From Tubiluchus corallicola (Eukaryota; Animalia; Priapulida), in the NCBI GenBank assembly GCA_030141605.1, contig JAQGDQ010000069.1, positions 67,126 through 131,125 on the forward strand: a DNA stretch of 64,000 bases. The letters run 5' to 3'. Positions 38,401 to 50,834 of the stretch are shown here, piece after piece; position 1 is the first letter of the stretch, and each line of letters begins with the position of its first letter. The notes under the pieces were generated by a model. It was given only the letters and a program-made list of their open reading frames with translations. It was not told the DNA's origin and did no database searches. The translations under genes were made by a program, and so were the position numbers.

Positions 38401-41400
38401 CACTTCTACATGTTTAGAGGTTTAATCAGAATGTGTAAGTGGTTTAGATTCAACTATGTGGAGTCATTTGAGTCAATTGCCGACAGTTTTTATATACCTT
38501 TGCATAGGAGCGGCCCGTACTAGACGTTTTTGAGAAAATTAGGCGATTGATTCTACATTGCTGTGAGTCTAATCTAATACACAGCGCCAACTATATTAGC
38601 TTAGTATCAGTAAATACGGACAATCGGCAAATCCGGACAGACATCTCCCCGTTTTGTCCAGCAAACCATGATATGAGTGTATTGAATATAAGATGAGCAA
38701 ATATATCTGTATGAGTGCTAAATCATCTTTAATGCGATAGATAAAATAGGCAATTATGCAGAAGAAACAGTTTCTCTTCACAAAGCAAAAATTGCAAGAT
38801 GAAAAAAACTGCCTTACTTCTGCAAAGAATCTAATGTCGACCCGAAGTTTGCTAGCATTTGTAATTTTCTCATCTTTCTTCACAGCAAGTATTTTCTGCC
38901 ACTGTTCTAGAAACAATGAGGAAAATTCAGCGTATCTCTGGTGCAACAGCGAAGCAATCTGAACAGCCATAACAACATCGGACATTTTCAGTTTGACCTC
39001 TGCAAGCGAAGCAGCCTGAAACGTAAAAACCGGCTTATGGAAATTTTGGCATTCAAAAGTCATTATTGCCATATTTAACATTAGTACATGCTACGGACTC
39101 ACAATACACAGTTACCAGTCTTGTTACCAAGTTCTGAAGTAGCAATGCATTATCTTCTATACATTAGTTAATAGTGACATACACGACTGTACAAACTTCT
39201 GGATGGTACTAACTGTGCTGAGATTTCACAGTGTGCATTTGCCTGACAAAATGTAGCTGTCTTAAAACTACCAACACATATTCAATCATTTTAGTTGTTA
39301 CTTCAATAAAAAGTTCAAAAACAAATATTGCAACATTTTAATATTTTCATTAGAATTTTGTATTATTTCTTGCAGTTTGCAGATATTACAGAGAACACTA
39401 TTATTCACTTACTGCTTCACCAATGTACTTCGTCAGGTTTAGAGACTCAAAATCTTTGATCACGGAATCTTTCTGCGACTCTGTCAATGTTTTCTATAAA
39501 TCGAAATAAACACATCATATAAAAAATTATGTAACTTAAGAGCATATAACATGCCTTCTTAGCGGAAGTATGACTTAAATATAATAGTTTTAAAACAGTG
39601 GCATAGTGTGGGGGTGTGCAAAGCACAAGGCGGCCAGTTCTGGCAGAGTGCCAATTTTGGCTGGGGTTGGTATTATCGAATGCTACGGTAAAAAGTATGG
39701 TATGATATGACTAGTTAGTTACGTGAGATATTATGGTGCAGCATTTTTGTTGAGGTACGACGACATGGTATGATCGCACACACATTTGCTGTAGTTGAAG
39801 GAATGTTACGTTTAAGACACGAGTAACCAAATTGGCCACAGCACAAGACAACCAAAACTTACACTACGCCACTAGTTTCAAAGCAAAATGGAAGCATATT
39901 TTATCAGTAAAATAAGTGGCCACATTATAACATATCATCAGAAGCTGAGTGAAAACTTTGTATTAATTTCATGGCATCTAAATTAAGAATAATTTTAATA
40001 TCACATTATATACAAAAGTAATGATACATGTTCTACTCACAGCAGATCAGAAATATTGGCATTCTAATTACAGAGAAAACCTACCATTTATACTAACAGG
40101 GTTCCCACAGAATTTTAAAATAAATTTCCCGGACTTTTCCGTGACCAAATATTGATTTTCCATGACCAAGATAAGCAGAAATTGCATTACCAGTATATAT
40201 ATTCATCCATTTTTGTGTATGGACATTCATGCATATACTGATAAACGTGTCAGCCAATCATTATTTTTGGAACAGAAATCGAAATTGGGAGCCTGCCATA
40301 ACAAAATTTTATTCGAACAGGAACTGCTGAAAAATATGTTTGGGAAAATATCAGTTCACGGTGATTATTTTTGCAATCCTTTCCAATTTCCCTGACTTTT
40401 CACCCAATTTTCATCATTTTCCCTGACTTTTTACCAAATTATCTTTCTCCCTGAGTTTTCCATGACTTCCCAGGATAGCCTGTATTTTCAAGGATTTTTC
40501 AGGATTGTCTCTGACATTGAGAACCCTGATTAGTCAATAAACTGAGAATTCGATACTGTTTCTAGTCATCAGTTTAATGAATCATGAGTCAGCTAAGCAA
40601 CCAATTATAATCATTCATCTTAAGTTTTCAAACAACTGACATATTAAATTGCCGAATGACAATGATAAATGATAAACAATGAAGTTATTGTTGGTGCAAT
40701 GTAGTTCTAATTTTAGCAGTCTTAAAAGACCAACACATAAACAAAAAAATCGAAATAAAGAGCAGAAAGGCACAAGTGTCATCTTTCATCAATATAATTT
40801 GAAAGTTAATCAGCCAGGCAGAAACACAAACACAAATTAAACAGCAAAAATTTCTCATAAGTGCACTAAAAACTGCTGTAAAAAATGACTGACATTTGAC
40901 AAAAGTGCATTCATTTTACAATTCATTCCTTCTTTGGTTGATCAAACTTACCAATTTCTTAACAAATGCAGTGTTTTTCTTTAAACTAGAATCGAGTTTT
41001 GAAAAAAAGCGATCGTCTGGACGATTTTGTGCAGCAGCAAGATTAGATAGCCTCAGCTGAGTTTTGAACTCGATTCGTTCCTCAGCCTCTCGAACTGCGT
41101 CTCTGATTCCTTTTTCTTCCTCCTCTTTTGCACGGCGTTCCTCCTCTTCTTGCCTTCTCTTTAAAAAATCAAATAACAAGCTATCACATTTGGGCGGCTT
41201 CTGTCACCTCTATTTACTTTGTGTAGTATTTTTAATGCTGGTATTATCAGGCATGTGATTCTGTGTGGGACACAGTAAAAGTAAGAGCAAACAAAAGAGT
41301 GAGTTTACATTGGTAAAATATGGCACTTTCAACAAGTTTAGGAGTAAAAATTTAAAATCCATTCAATCTAGATTCAAAGAGTAATTCTTTTCATGGGTGT

Positions 41401-44400
41401 ACACAAAGTCTTTAGACGATTTAAAAATTTCACAGCAATATTTAAAAACAAAATATTTCTTTTTATATATTATTGAGTCATTGTTAAGGTTTTTATTAAT
41501 GCCATGTTTCAAATTTCAAAGACGAAGTAAAAGGAAGAAAACAAGAAAACAATTTATTGATTTTTTATGACTCCTCTGGAGATCACTACTCCATGAGAAA
41601 AAGCACAACATGTTTCTTGTTTTATCAAAACAAAATCTGACATTCAGACACAGAGAAATTACACATCTAAATATGGAAAACAAGCTCCAGCATGTCAGTC
41701 AATTTGCAACTGGCATAAGCAATTCATGGAAACGGGAACGGTGGCTACATAAATTGAGGACTGGAAGGCCAAGAACATGTGATAAAAACAGAGAACGTCT
41801 CAGCAATTCATTTTCTAGTAGCCCAACAAAGTCCATTTACACTGCAACTGCAAATACAGTAATCAACAATTCATAAAGTTGTCCATGAGAATTCATAAAG
41901 CATTCAGTTATTGCATGGCACTTAAACTGGATGATAAATCAAAACAAAAGGAACACGCAGTTAACATTCTAGGAAAAATCGGAAATGATGGTCTCTTCCT
42001 CACATTTGTTTTAGCGATGAGGCAACCTTTCATGTATCTGGAAAAATTAACACACATGACGCAAGAATTTGGGGAAGTGAAAACCCCCATGTTACTAGGG
42101 AAATTGAATGCAACAGTCTAAAGGTTAATACTAGGTGCGGATGTTATGTAACAGGGTTATTGGACTATTTTTATTTTCTGAAAAGACAATAAGAGTGGAC
42201 ATTTATCTTGATACTCTAAGGGAATACTCTAATTAAATAAAAACTTTACCATTCACCTTATAGTCTGTAAACATTTCAGAAGTATGTAACTTCAAAAAAA
42301 TTTTAATTATCTAAGGACTTTGTGGATCACTGACCTTTTTCTAAAACATGTATGAAGTATCATGGTTGGCTTGCTTCAAATATTTAAATTTTCATTATCA
42401 CTCGAATTTTTCATAGTTTACATATGTTCAGAATTATAATAGTCTTACATAGGATCATATCTTTGCAAATTGCAGTTAAAATTTTAGAAGCACAAATGCT
42501 AAATGAATGTTAAATCTGTGAAAGTACATGTGGTTTTCAACTTTCTTTAGTATAAGTTTTGTACTGCCGGTTGAAAAAAGTGATCACGTTTACACAATTG
42601 CACATTTAATTCTTAGAATTCATTCATCAGAAATGTATAGCGGCAGCCATTGATCTTAAGATGGCTCAACAACTGCTATGTTAACCACATTCCACACATT
42701 CAAATACCTGCAGATGGCACTTTAACTAAACCTGTGTCAAAAATTCACTCATTTCTCAACCTCCACAAGCAGTAATCTCACCTTCTCCTCCTCTTGTCGG
42801 CGCTTTTCTTCCTCTTCCTGGCGTTTTTGCTCTTCCTCTCGTCGCTGTTTTTCCTCTTCTTCTTGACGTTTTTTTTCCTCTTCTGCTCGTCTCTTTTCCT
42901 CCTCTTCCGCCTGCCACTGGGCCTCCAAATCAGCAGCAGACATAGCTTCTTTGGGCAATTTCTTCTCAGAACCCCTGCAATGACAGTGAACAATGGCAAT
43001 GAAGCCCTCCTCAAAAACCATCTAGCATAGCATCAATCACAAATGTACAGTGAGATAGCTCAACATATATATATATGTACTGTGTGTACATAATTATTAT
43101 AAAATATATATATATATTACCATTGTGTGTACATTGTTATTATGAATGGATATATATATATATATCCGTTCATAATAATTATGTAATAATTATATTACAA
43201 AATAACTATGTACACACAATTGTAGAATTACTGAATATTTTATAACGAATTTAGTGAAAGAGATTTATGAAAATGCTGGGACAGAATATAAACAATAATT
43301 GGAAATTTTCATTATGACAATGACCATGACGATGAGATGGATTCTGGTCTTACCAAAAACATCTAGGATGAGTATACCCTACCTATAAAAAGTTTTATTC
43401 TGGCTTGCAGGGTGTCAAAATAATTAAAAGGGTTTATCTTGGGCAAAACTTTTTTCAATATCATAGTTTGTTTTCAGGTATTAATTAACTCATATTATGA
43501 GCTGAGCGCACTGATTTTTCAGCCTGAAATTAATCAAACATTAATCTCAAGATGTTCAGATAGCTCAGATTTGCAGATTTTTGAAACAAAACTTGGTAAT
43601 TCCATCACTAATTGATACATACTTATCAGTCACATCCCATCACAAATAATCAAACTTCCAGCCCCAGACAATGATTGACATGAGAAACTGTTAGAACACT
43701 ATCTACCTCTCTTTTTTTCCACTCTTGCTCCCTCTTGCAAGCTCATTAAAATCTTTGGCGCTCCATCGCTCATCTTTTTTTAGTCCGTCGCGTTCACGAC
43801 TAGTCCTACGTTCATCCCGAGACTCTTTCGAAAACCTGCCCTTACCAGGCGACTTGCTGTCAGGTGTGGTTCGACCCGCCCTGCCTTTCCCAGGTGATTT
43901 GCTAGACATGTCAGATGTAAATCGATCTGTCCTGCCCTTATCAGGTGATCTAACATTTATTTCTGGTCCAGAGTGATCTGACCGATCGTTGCTACGGCGA
44001 CCAGATTCCTTTCCGTCTTTCCGTCTTCTACTTTCACTGTCTTTATAATCTTTTAATTGGGTTTGACTACTGCTACTGCTACTTCTAGAATCACTCTGTT
44101 GACTACGGGTCTCACATTTAAACTGTGATCTTTCATCACTATCACCATCTTCCTTATCGTTGCTTTTTCTTGGTTGTCCACGTTTCTCATCATCTTGTGA
44201 ATCTCGTTCATAATTTTTTAGGTTCTTTCTATCATCGATGGATCGACCAAATCTGCTGATCTTATTATCTACACTTTTTACATCAACTGATGTTTCACGT
44301 TTGCCAAGACCAGCCGCTTGGCTGCTGCTTTTCGAGGTAGATAACTCGTCATCTCTGATCGCGTCATGATCCTCAATATCTGAATAACAATTGACATCTC

Positions 44401-44968
44401 AATATCCAAAATTAATATACAAATAAGTAACAAAAAATGCAAAATGTAGCACTGCTTATCAAATACAATCTTTTCTAGGCAAAAATGCCTAACAGAATCC
44501 TCTATTGTTGCAATCGAATACTAATTCTGTCGCATTCGTACCTTGAATCTTTGCTTGTGATGCTGACTCACATGGTACTACGTCCCCTGAATCACTAACA
44601 ACTACTGTTTCCTGAGAGACCGTCTCGGTAACCTTCTGGTCACCCTTGTAGCGTCTGTCCCTTTCGCGACGATAGCTCTTTCCCTGCTGCGAGAAAAAGC
44701 AAAAAGCTGATTATGCTAATAAAACAAGCTTAACGATTGTATAGTCATACTAACTCAGTGCAACTCTTCTTGCATACCTACAGATAACAGATGCTCCTGC
44801 TGTATAGTTAAGGAACTATTCTGCCTCCCATTAAAAATACGACTAAATTGAGTTTGACAAAGGTGACTATTTACTGTATCTCAAGAATCTCTCTGGCTTC
44901 CTAATGCAGTGTCACTTCAATATACAACCTACCCTTTGTCCAGGTTTTCCATCATTTTCTTCACTCAT
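20456..44968 (-). CDS. UPF2: Regulator of nonsense transcripts 2 (UPF2), 29 coding exons, ~1536 aa
   Basis: Exons: 44933-44968, 44542-44686, 43707-44379, 42782-42974, 40952-41158, 39413-39493, 38818-39015, 37657-37869, 36827-36958, 36414-36506, 35792-35899, 34988-35198, 34323-34500, 33557-33658, 33241-33349, 32960-33073, 31869-31985, 31061-31246, 30465-30608, 29662-29860, 28204-28343, 26792-26964, 26200-26306, 24930-25060, 24097-24264, 22621-22806, 21793-21934, 20582-20693, 20456-20468. All are GT-AG and phase-consistent, total 4611 nt. Motifs LDSSLKKNTAFVKKL, LWEDDDTRSFYE, LPNCVNRDLID, NQRR..KFLGELYNY, FRIRL.CTLLDTCG and YQHPKGAPDADLIF. Confidence 0.96.
23677..23946. mobile_element. Tigger/pogo-like MITE
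   Basis: TIRs CAGGTAGTTTTCGACTTACGAC ... GTCGTAAGTCGATGACTACCTG. Confidence 0.8.
25614..26107. mobile_element. hAT (Charlie-like) MITE
   Basis: TIRs CAGGGGTGTGCAAATT / AATTTGCACACCCCTG, subterminal GCGGCCC repeats, 8-bp TSD GATTAAAA/GGTTAAAA (7 of 8 match). Confidence 0.9.
34608..34689. repeat. 25-bp minisatellite, ~3 copies
   Basis: Unit AGTGCCACCTGGTACAGAGACTATC with minor variants. Confidence 0.85.
36050..36290 (+). mobile_element. Degenerate tRNA-derived SINE
   Basis: tRNA-like head ending in a B-box-like GTTCAAATCC at ~36088; boundaries approximate. Confidence 0.4.
38235..38679. mobile_element. MITE with TA flanks (Tc1/mariner-type)
   Basis: TA|CACTCATATCTCGTTTTGCTGGAC ... GTCCAGCAAACCATGATATGAGTG|TA, imperfect ~24-bp TIRs. 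Confidence 0.75.
39596..39874. mobile_element. hAT-like MITE
   Basis: Ends CAGTGGCATAGTGT / ACACTACGCCACTA; flanks GTTTTAAA(A) / GTTTCAAA resemble a decayed 8-bp TSD. Confidence 0.65.
40097..40528. mobile_element. Non-autonomous DNA transposon (MITE)
   Basis: TIRs CAGGGTTCCCA / TGAGAACCCTG with multiple internal TTTCCCTGACTTTT-like subterminal repeats. Confidence 0.75.
41590..42190 (+). mobile_element. Fossil Tc1/mariner-family transposase fragment in a UPF2 intron
   Basis: Frameshifted remnants RTGRPRT..SFSSSPTKSI (HTH region) and FSDEATFHVSGKINTHDARIWGSENPH...KVN..CG...IGLFLF (first D of the DDE/D domain). Confidence 0.8.
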
Positions 44969-47404
44969 TGCAGTAAATTCCTCATCTGCACAAAAATCTT
45001 AGGCCATGACCTTTTGTCAAATGCTAGCTAAAATGAAGAATGCAGAACAAATATCGGCCAACCCACAATGAGACCAAACATAGCATCATACAAGCAAGGC
45101 TCCTAAAAACAAAAAAAAATATTAGAACAAGGTTTACTTGATGTCTAACCTGACACAATTGCAGGGGTCGAAATTGTTTATTTTTTCTGTGGAGCGCCGT
45201 ATATTCCACCTGAATAAAAATGAGAAGCAAATGAACTTTTATGCAGAGGTGATCTGTTCTTCGCTTGTGTAACTTTTAACTTAAATAATTATTACTGTAA
45301 TCATTTCTAATATACGTGTATGTGCCTATTTTCTTATAGCTTGTGTATTGCAACTCTGCATTTATGTAGTCATTATAGAAAGCAATTACAGAGAAACCTT
45401 ACAGAAAGTTTGTCATTACAATGAGGTGTATTAAGTGTTGTTATAAACGGAATCATGGGAAACAATCGGACATGTATATTCAAGTTAAATTCCTCAATTT
45501 TCTACTCAGTGGTTATTGAATTAAAAGGAGAAAATTATTAAATTAATCTCTTTATTAATTAAAAACATTTTACCTACAAAGCATAATCAAGGTTTACTCA
45601 ACTGTGCAGTCCTGCACCACATTAAAATACTAGCTGGTACGATATATATGTAAAAAGAAAAATTAACAATTACAATAATTTATATCATCACTCATTTGAA
45701 CATCTTGGATTATTCTGTAAGCAACGTTCATGTTATCCTATCTCACCTACACTGATTTCAAAGTTGACAGATCAGTTTCATTACAGAGAGTGAATAAAGT
45801 ACAGTTTCAACTTTCATTTGTTCATTACTTGATGCTATTCTATAAGTCGGGACTACAGTGTAGCAAGAAAAAATAACCATGAAAGTGCAGCAACAGTTGC
45901 ATTTTACTTTACTTTTCATCTGCCTTGATTAGATGCCACTTAACCTGATAGCTGTTTTACATCCATGGAAACAACATTTGTCATAAAATTTCGAAGGAGG
46001 CTGGTTGGTTAATGTTTCTTTTTGTCGTGTAAAGTTCAGCGCCAATACCATTATGCCTGCAATTTTGTGAAGCATCACTTCCCCCAAGTTCAAACTTTCT
46101 ACTTTTTGATCGATAGTAAAAATGGTCGTCCATTTTCTTTTTTACATAATAATTACAAATAACGATTCACGCCAGCTCAATGAGTCAAGATACAAGTTTG
46201 AGTGGGCAAGTTTTGGTCATTTATTAACAGAAGCGGCTATACACAAAAAGATTCTTCGTGTGTCTAAAGTTTCCAGATAAGTTGATAAAATACTTTGGTT
46301 TCTTCAGCATATTCTGTGACACACGCGCATTCGTTAAACTTACGTACTATTAAGTTTACTCGTTGCTCTGCCAGACTAAAAATGGGATGCAATGGTAATG
46401 GGAATGAATCGTGATGCGAATCCAGGTATTCAAAAGATGTCAGTAGAGAGGCAGGATTTTTTTTAAAATTTTTTAAAGCTTTGCGAATGCATAAAGCTGA
46501 ATTGTGGAATGTTTAAGATCAGTTGAAATCAAAGTTTCTTTATTTTCCACTGGTTAGCAGTAATGTTTTAAATTTTTTCGACACACATTTTTCCACGCTT
46601 TGCATTTTAGTTTCGCATTACTAAATTATCGAATAATTATTAATTATTGTATAGTCTCTTTTTTAATCATGAACGTATATGTTCTGATAATTATGGTGAA
46701 AGTGGCAACACTACTCGGCCATTAATACAACAATTAGGCAGAAAATTTGATACTTTTAGCCTCTAGTACAATGAGCACCATACAAAATGGCAAGCCTGGC
46801 ATAGGGTTAGCCATGGAAAAACGTGGCCGCGTCCTGTGTTTTCCAAAAGAATGAAGTTATAATAAATATTGTTTTACATTTTAAATGAAAAAAATATGCT
46901 TTTATATGACTGCATCAAGTTAGTATAAGAATGTACAAAAGAAATTACAAAACTCCCGGTTGGGTGCGCGATAAAAAAATATTACACGAGCAATTACATG
47001 GAAACAGAAGTATTTTTATTGTTGCTTCAGTAAAACTAACTATGGTGCAGAACTTCAAAAATACTTTATATGGTAACTGACAATTCAAGTCAAAGAAAAG
47101 TAATACCAATCATTTTTTGTTGTGTAACAATTCATATCACATGTCGGGCCATCTTCTCTATATGTGTGACTCCTTAAATAACAATAAATATGCATAAACT
47201 GCACCAATAATAAATACTGACATGCAACGTGACAACATAATATAGTATTTTTTAAACTAGTCAACTTTAGGAAACATAATCATTACATCACAACAAACAG
47301 AAACTGAGTACCGTCTATCAGAGAAGAAAAACATTAAATCGGGCAAAAAATATGTGGAAAATGAAACTTTGCACATCCAGCACTGTGAATTTTTTAATTA
47401 TGTT

Positions 47405-47525
47405 AGATACAATGGATAATGTGTCTACTTTCTGTATGGGAGGTCGCGTGTTCGATACCGCAGCTTGGTAATACAGGCTTTAAAAATGCTACCTGCTGTT
47501 GCCTGGTTATTAGAGTAAAGTATAA
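47405..47525 (+). mobile_element. tRNA-derived SINE (family B)
   Basis: GGAGGTCGCGTGTTCGATACC B box followed by TTTAAAAATGCTACCTGCTGTTGCCTGG, similar to the 11333-11459 copy. Confidence 0.55.
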
Positions 47526-47759
47526 GTAATAATAATCCCTGGTACTGTAAGTGTAGTTTGTTATTTACAGTCAGCGAGCAAAGCCTCATAACTTGTATTG
47601 TCACAATATGTCAGTTGAACTTAAAGCTGACTTTAAATAAAGCTATTATTATTAAAATTATGTTCTTTGACTGGCATGTGTCCAACGACTAAAGTAAATT
47701 ATTTTCAGTTTTCTATGTTATTGAAGCAAAATAAACAATTTTGTATTCTGCAAATTTAA

Positions 47760-48030
47760 CTGTGCAGTAATCGCAGTGACAGAAGTGATCTGTGCCCAAT
47801 ATTCCTCTTACCTAAAATGGCCTGTGTCCAACAGTCCCTGTGACGAAAATGACCTGTGCCCAATAAGCCCAGTGTCTAAACTGGCCTGTGTCCAAACTAT
47901 TTGTCCATAAGTCTAAATTTTACTCCGTTCACAGAAAATTGTGGCGAAACAAACACGTGTCAAAATTCGCTTATCTAACTATGTGTGACCAAACTGCTTG
48001 TGTCAAAACGTCTGTGCTAAAAAGCCATAC
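47760..48030. repeat. Degenerate ~15-bp tandem repeat (AAAATGGCCTGTGTCC-like)
   Basis: Repeated CTGTG(T/C)CCAA and AAAATG(G/A)CCTGTG units; a short related stretch at ~57054-57090. Confidence 0.6.
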
Positions 48031-48369
48031 ACCAACTTACCCAGGCTACTCACTATAACCAATTAAAATAAAATATAAATATAACATTATGATTATTTTT
48101 GTTGCTATGCATAGTATAGCCTATATATAGGGCTACAGCTTAGAGTATAGGGGTGACAGGGTGGCATTGAACGTAAATTATCAAGTCAGCCAGTCACTAA
48201 CAAAGCACACCTCCAAGAAAGCAACAAGTTACGCTTCTCAAAAGGCCATTACTAAAAAATATAACGAGTTGTTCGTACTATTCTTCTGAGTTAGTTCGGC
48301 AAAGTTTACGAAAAAAACTCGAAAAATGCAAAAGCAAGCTAACCGCAATATGGAAAATCTTTGAGTGAG

Positions 48370-48900
48370 ACTAACTTCCTAGGCCTAGGCGGACTGTAGA
48401 TTGCGGTTGATTCCAACGATCCACATTCACATTGGCCAAACAGGCTATCATACAAATATTTCTGTCATGCGCCTGTGTATCCTGTCACGTTGTGTGGTTC
48501 TTACACCTCTACATTGAGTCCCATAATTTCTGACACTTGTCTGATCCATGCATTGACTTTTAGTAACCTGCTAGTATTTACTTAATAAAAAATCTTCTTC
48601 ATTCTATGTATGATTTCCAAACATTTTTTAGCTACCTCAGGTTTCAGTAGATGTTTTGTCGTAACACGTTCCTTCACACACAGCGATTACGTCAAATCAT
48701 CCTTACACTTGCATAATGCGCTTTCATTCTATTTTAATAATTTCATAATAATTGTTTTCTCGTTACACGCCACCACATGATTTGTTGCCTATTGCCAATT
48801 TTCCAGGCTATTTTCCATAAATGTCAGTTTTACCATGTCATCAGACTTTTTAATGAGACTTGTTCAGTTTGGCTTTTTACAAATGTGCCAGAGTACACAA
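48370..48900 (-). mobile_element. Highly degenerate LINE (RTE-like) 3' remnant
   Basis: Minus-strand remnants such as WIRQVSEIMGL and LANVNVD; weak evidence, boundaries approximate. Confidence 0.3.
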
Positions 48901-50834
48901 CTAGCTAGCAATCATAAAATGATTAGACTCCAACCTTGACAAAAATTCGGAGTTCACATATTGAAATTAGATATATTCATGCTTGGAATTATTCGCGTCA
49001 TAATTCTCTATTTAAATTATATGTAATGGTACATTACACTGCCTAGACATTGGGTAGCCTTCGTTTAAATGTTATCAGGTTATTAAATTAACACTACAAA
49101 ATAGCTAAAAGCAAGTCAATAAAAAGCCAACAGGCAACAAGGATAGCACAATTCGCAACACCCGTTATACATATGACAGTGCAAGTCATGATCGACATAT
49201 TAGTGAAAATCACAACGCACTGTCACAAATCATTACAGGACATAGAATAATTAGTAACAATAAATATGCACACTATAATTATTACAGTATTTATATCATA
49301 AATTACATAATGTGCCAGCCAAAAAAATATTATCAGAAAACTAATACTTGCTTTCACTTTAACTAAAATTTAATCCAGAAATAACAAATGCAGCAACAGT
49401 CTCGCCAAAAAGTAGTTGTTTAAACATTTTTTGTTACCTTAAGTGATTTAGAAATATGAAAGGCTTTGACTCTAGAACAACTATTAATTTAAAAAACATC
49501 TCAAGATCAACCTTTTTGAACAAACGCTAGCACTGTTTAATGCCAGTTGTGTAATATACAACTTAATTTATCTTATCCATATTTAAAATGCTGTTGTTTA
49601 ATCAAACCAGTTATTCACTTAACACACTACAGGGGCCATTTTCTGTTTTTACTTTTGTGGTTGTCCTGTTTGTTTAAACAAACAAATGCTTGTTCATTCA
49701 TAGTGAAAATATGGGTCAGTCAAGCCTTAATTGATTTGATAAACTGCATACTTTTATGTGTCTATATAGCACCTGTACAGGCTGCAGTAACATACTGGCA
49801 TCATAACCTACTAGAGTATAATTCCTGTAACTGCCTCAGGAAGCACGAACCACCCCCTGCTAGACACTGCAAACTTATCAATTTATATTTCATAAATAAA
49901 ATATATTCATTATTCTGTAAGCAATATAAAGACCTGAGCAATTTAAACTTAGTAAAAGATCTAAATTTGGTAGGTGATTCTACAATTAGATAAACTTTTC
50001 ATGTTACAAGTAGAAGTAAGCAACGAAGTAAACAGATAGATGGACATGTGAATGTCACTGTTATGCAGCTATCAAGCAGTTTAAGACAAGCTTAAAAACA
50101 TTATCATATCGCAATAAGGAGCAATAAGTTCAACCCAATAAGGAAGCTAACTGCTAAACAGGAGGAAACTGAAGCTTTTTAACCCGTCGTGCAATAAACT
50201 TACGGCAAACGGAAAATATCACAGTTTCACACATTGATAATATCACAGTTTATTTACTTATTTCAACTTAGGTTTCTGAAAATATTTCATCTTCAAGTTA
50301 AAGACTAATGATCTCCAGGTTCTCCCAGAGAAACAAAATATAACAAACTGCTAACAACAGAATGCAGGATCAGTACAACATTATAACAAACAAAAAAGCA
50401 TGAATTCAGGGCAAAGCTAGAAAATGAATATTTCTTTGCACTCTAGAATTTAATATTCTTGTGCCTGAATGGCTGTATAGGCAAGATTCCGGTGAGCTGA
50501 AGAGCATACACAACTCTTTCAACCTAATGGCAATTACAGTCAAACCTATTACATAGTTTTAAAAAGCAAAAACTGCAGAAGTCAAGTAAAAATTTGTTTT
50601 AGAAAACAGGTAGTTTTAAAAATCAACAAAAATTAAAAATGAGTTTGTGACAGGCTAGTGGCCGAGACACTGCTTAGGGCACTTATCCTGGGTATCTACC
50701 AAACATTTAAGTTGTTTCCTTAAATCTTTCATCTTTTACAGTCTATTGCATCATGGAATGTATTTTTTATAATGCTTCATAATTCATAGCAATGTTCTTT
50801 TGCTTCTCAAATTCGTATATTTAAGTAAGGCAAA

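Noticed and set aside
10095-48850. CTGATGA/TCATCAG words as hammerhead ribozyme cores (e.g. ~10100, 40566, 48838)
   Set aside because: No stem II plus GAAA and closing stems could be built.
49547-49993. 148-aa plus-strand ORF
   Set aside because: TTG start, AT-rich composition, no motifs or splice support; probably CPT2 3'UTR or intergenic.
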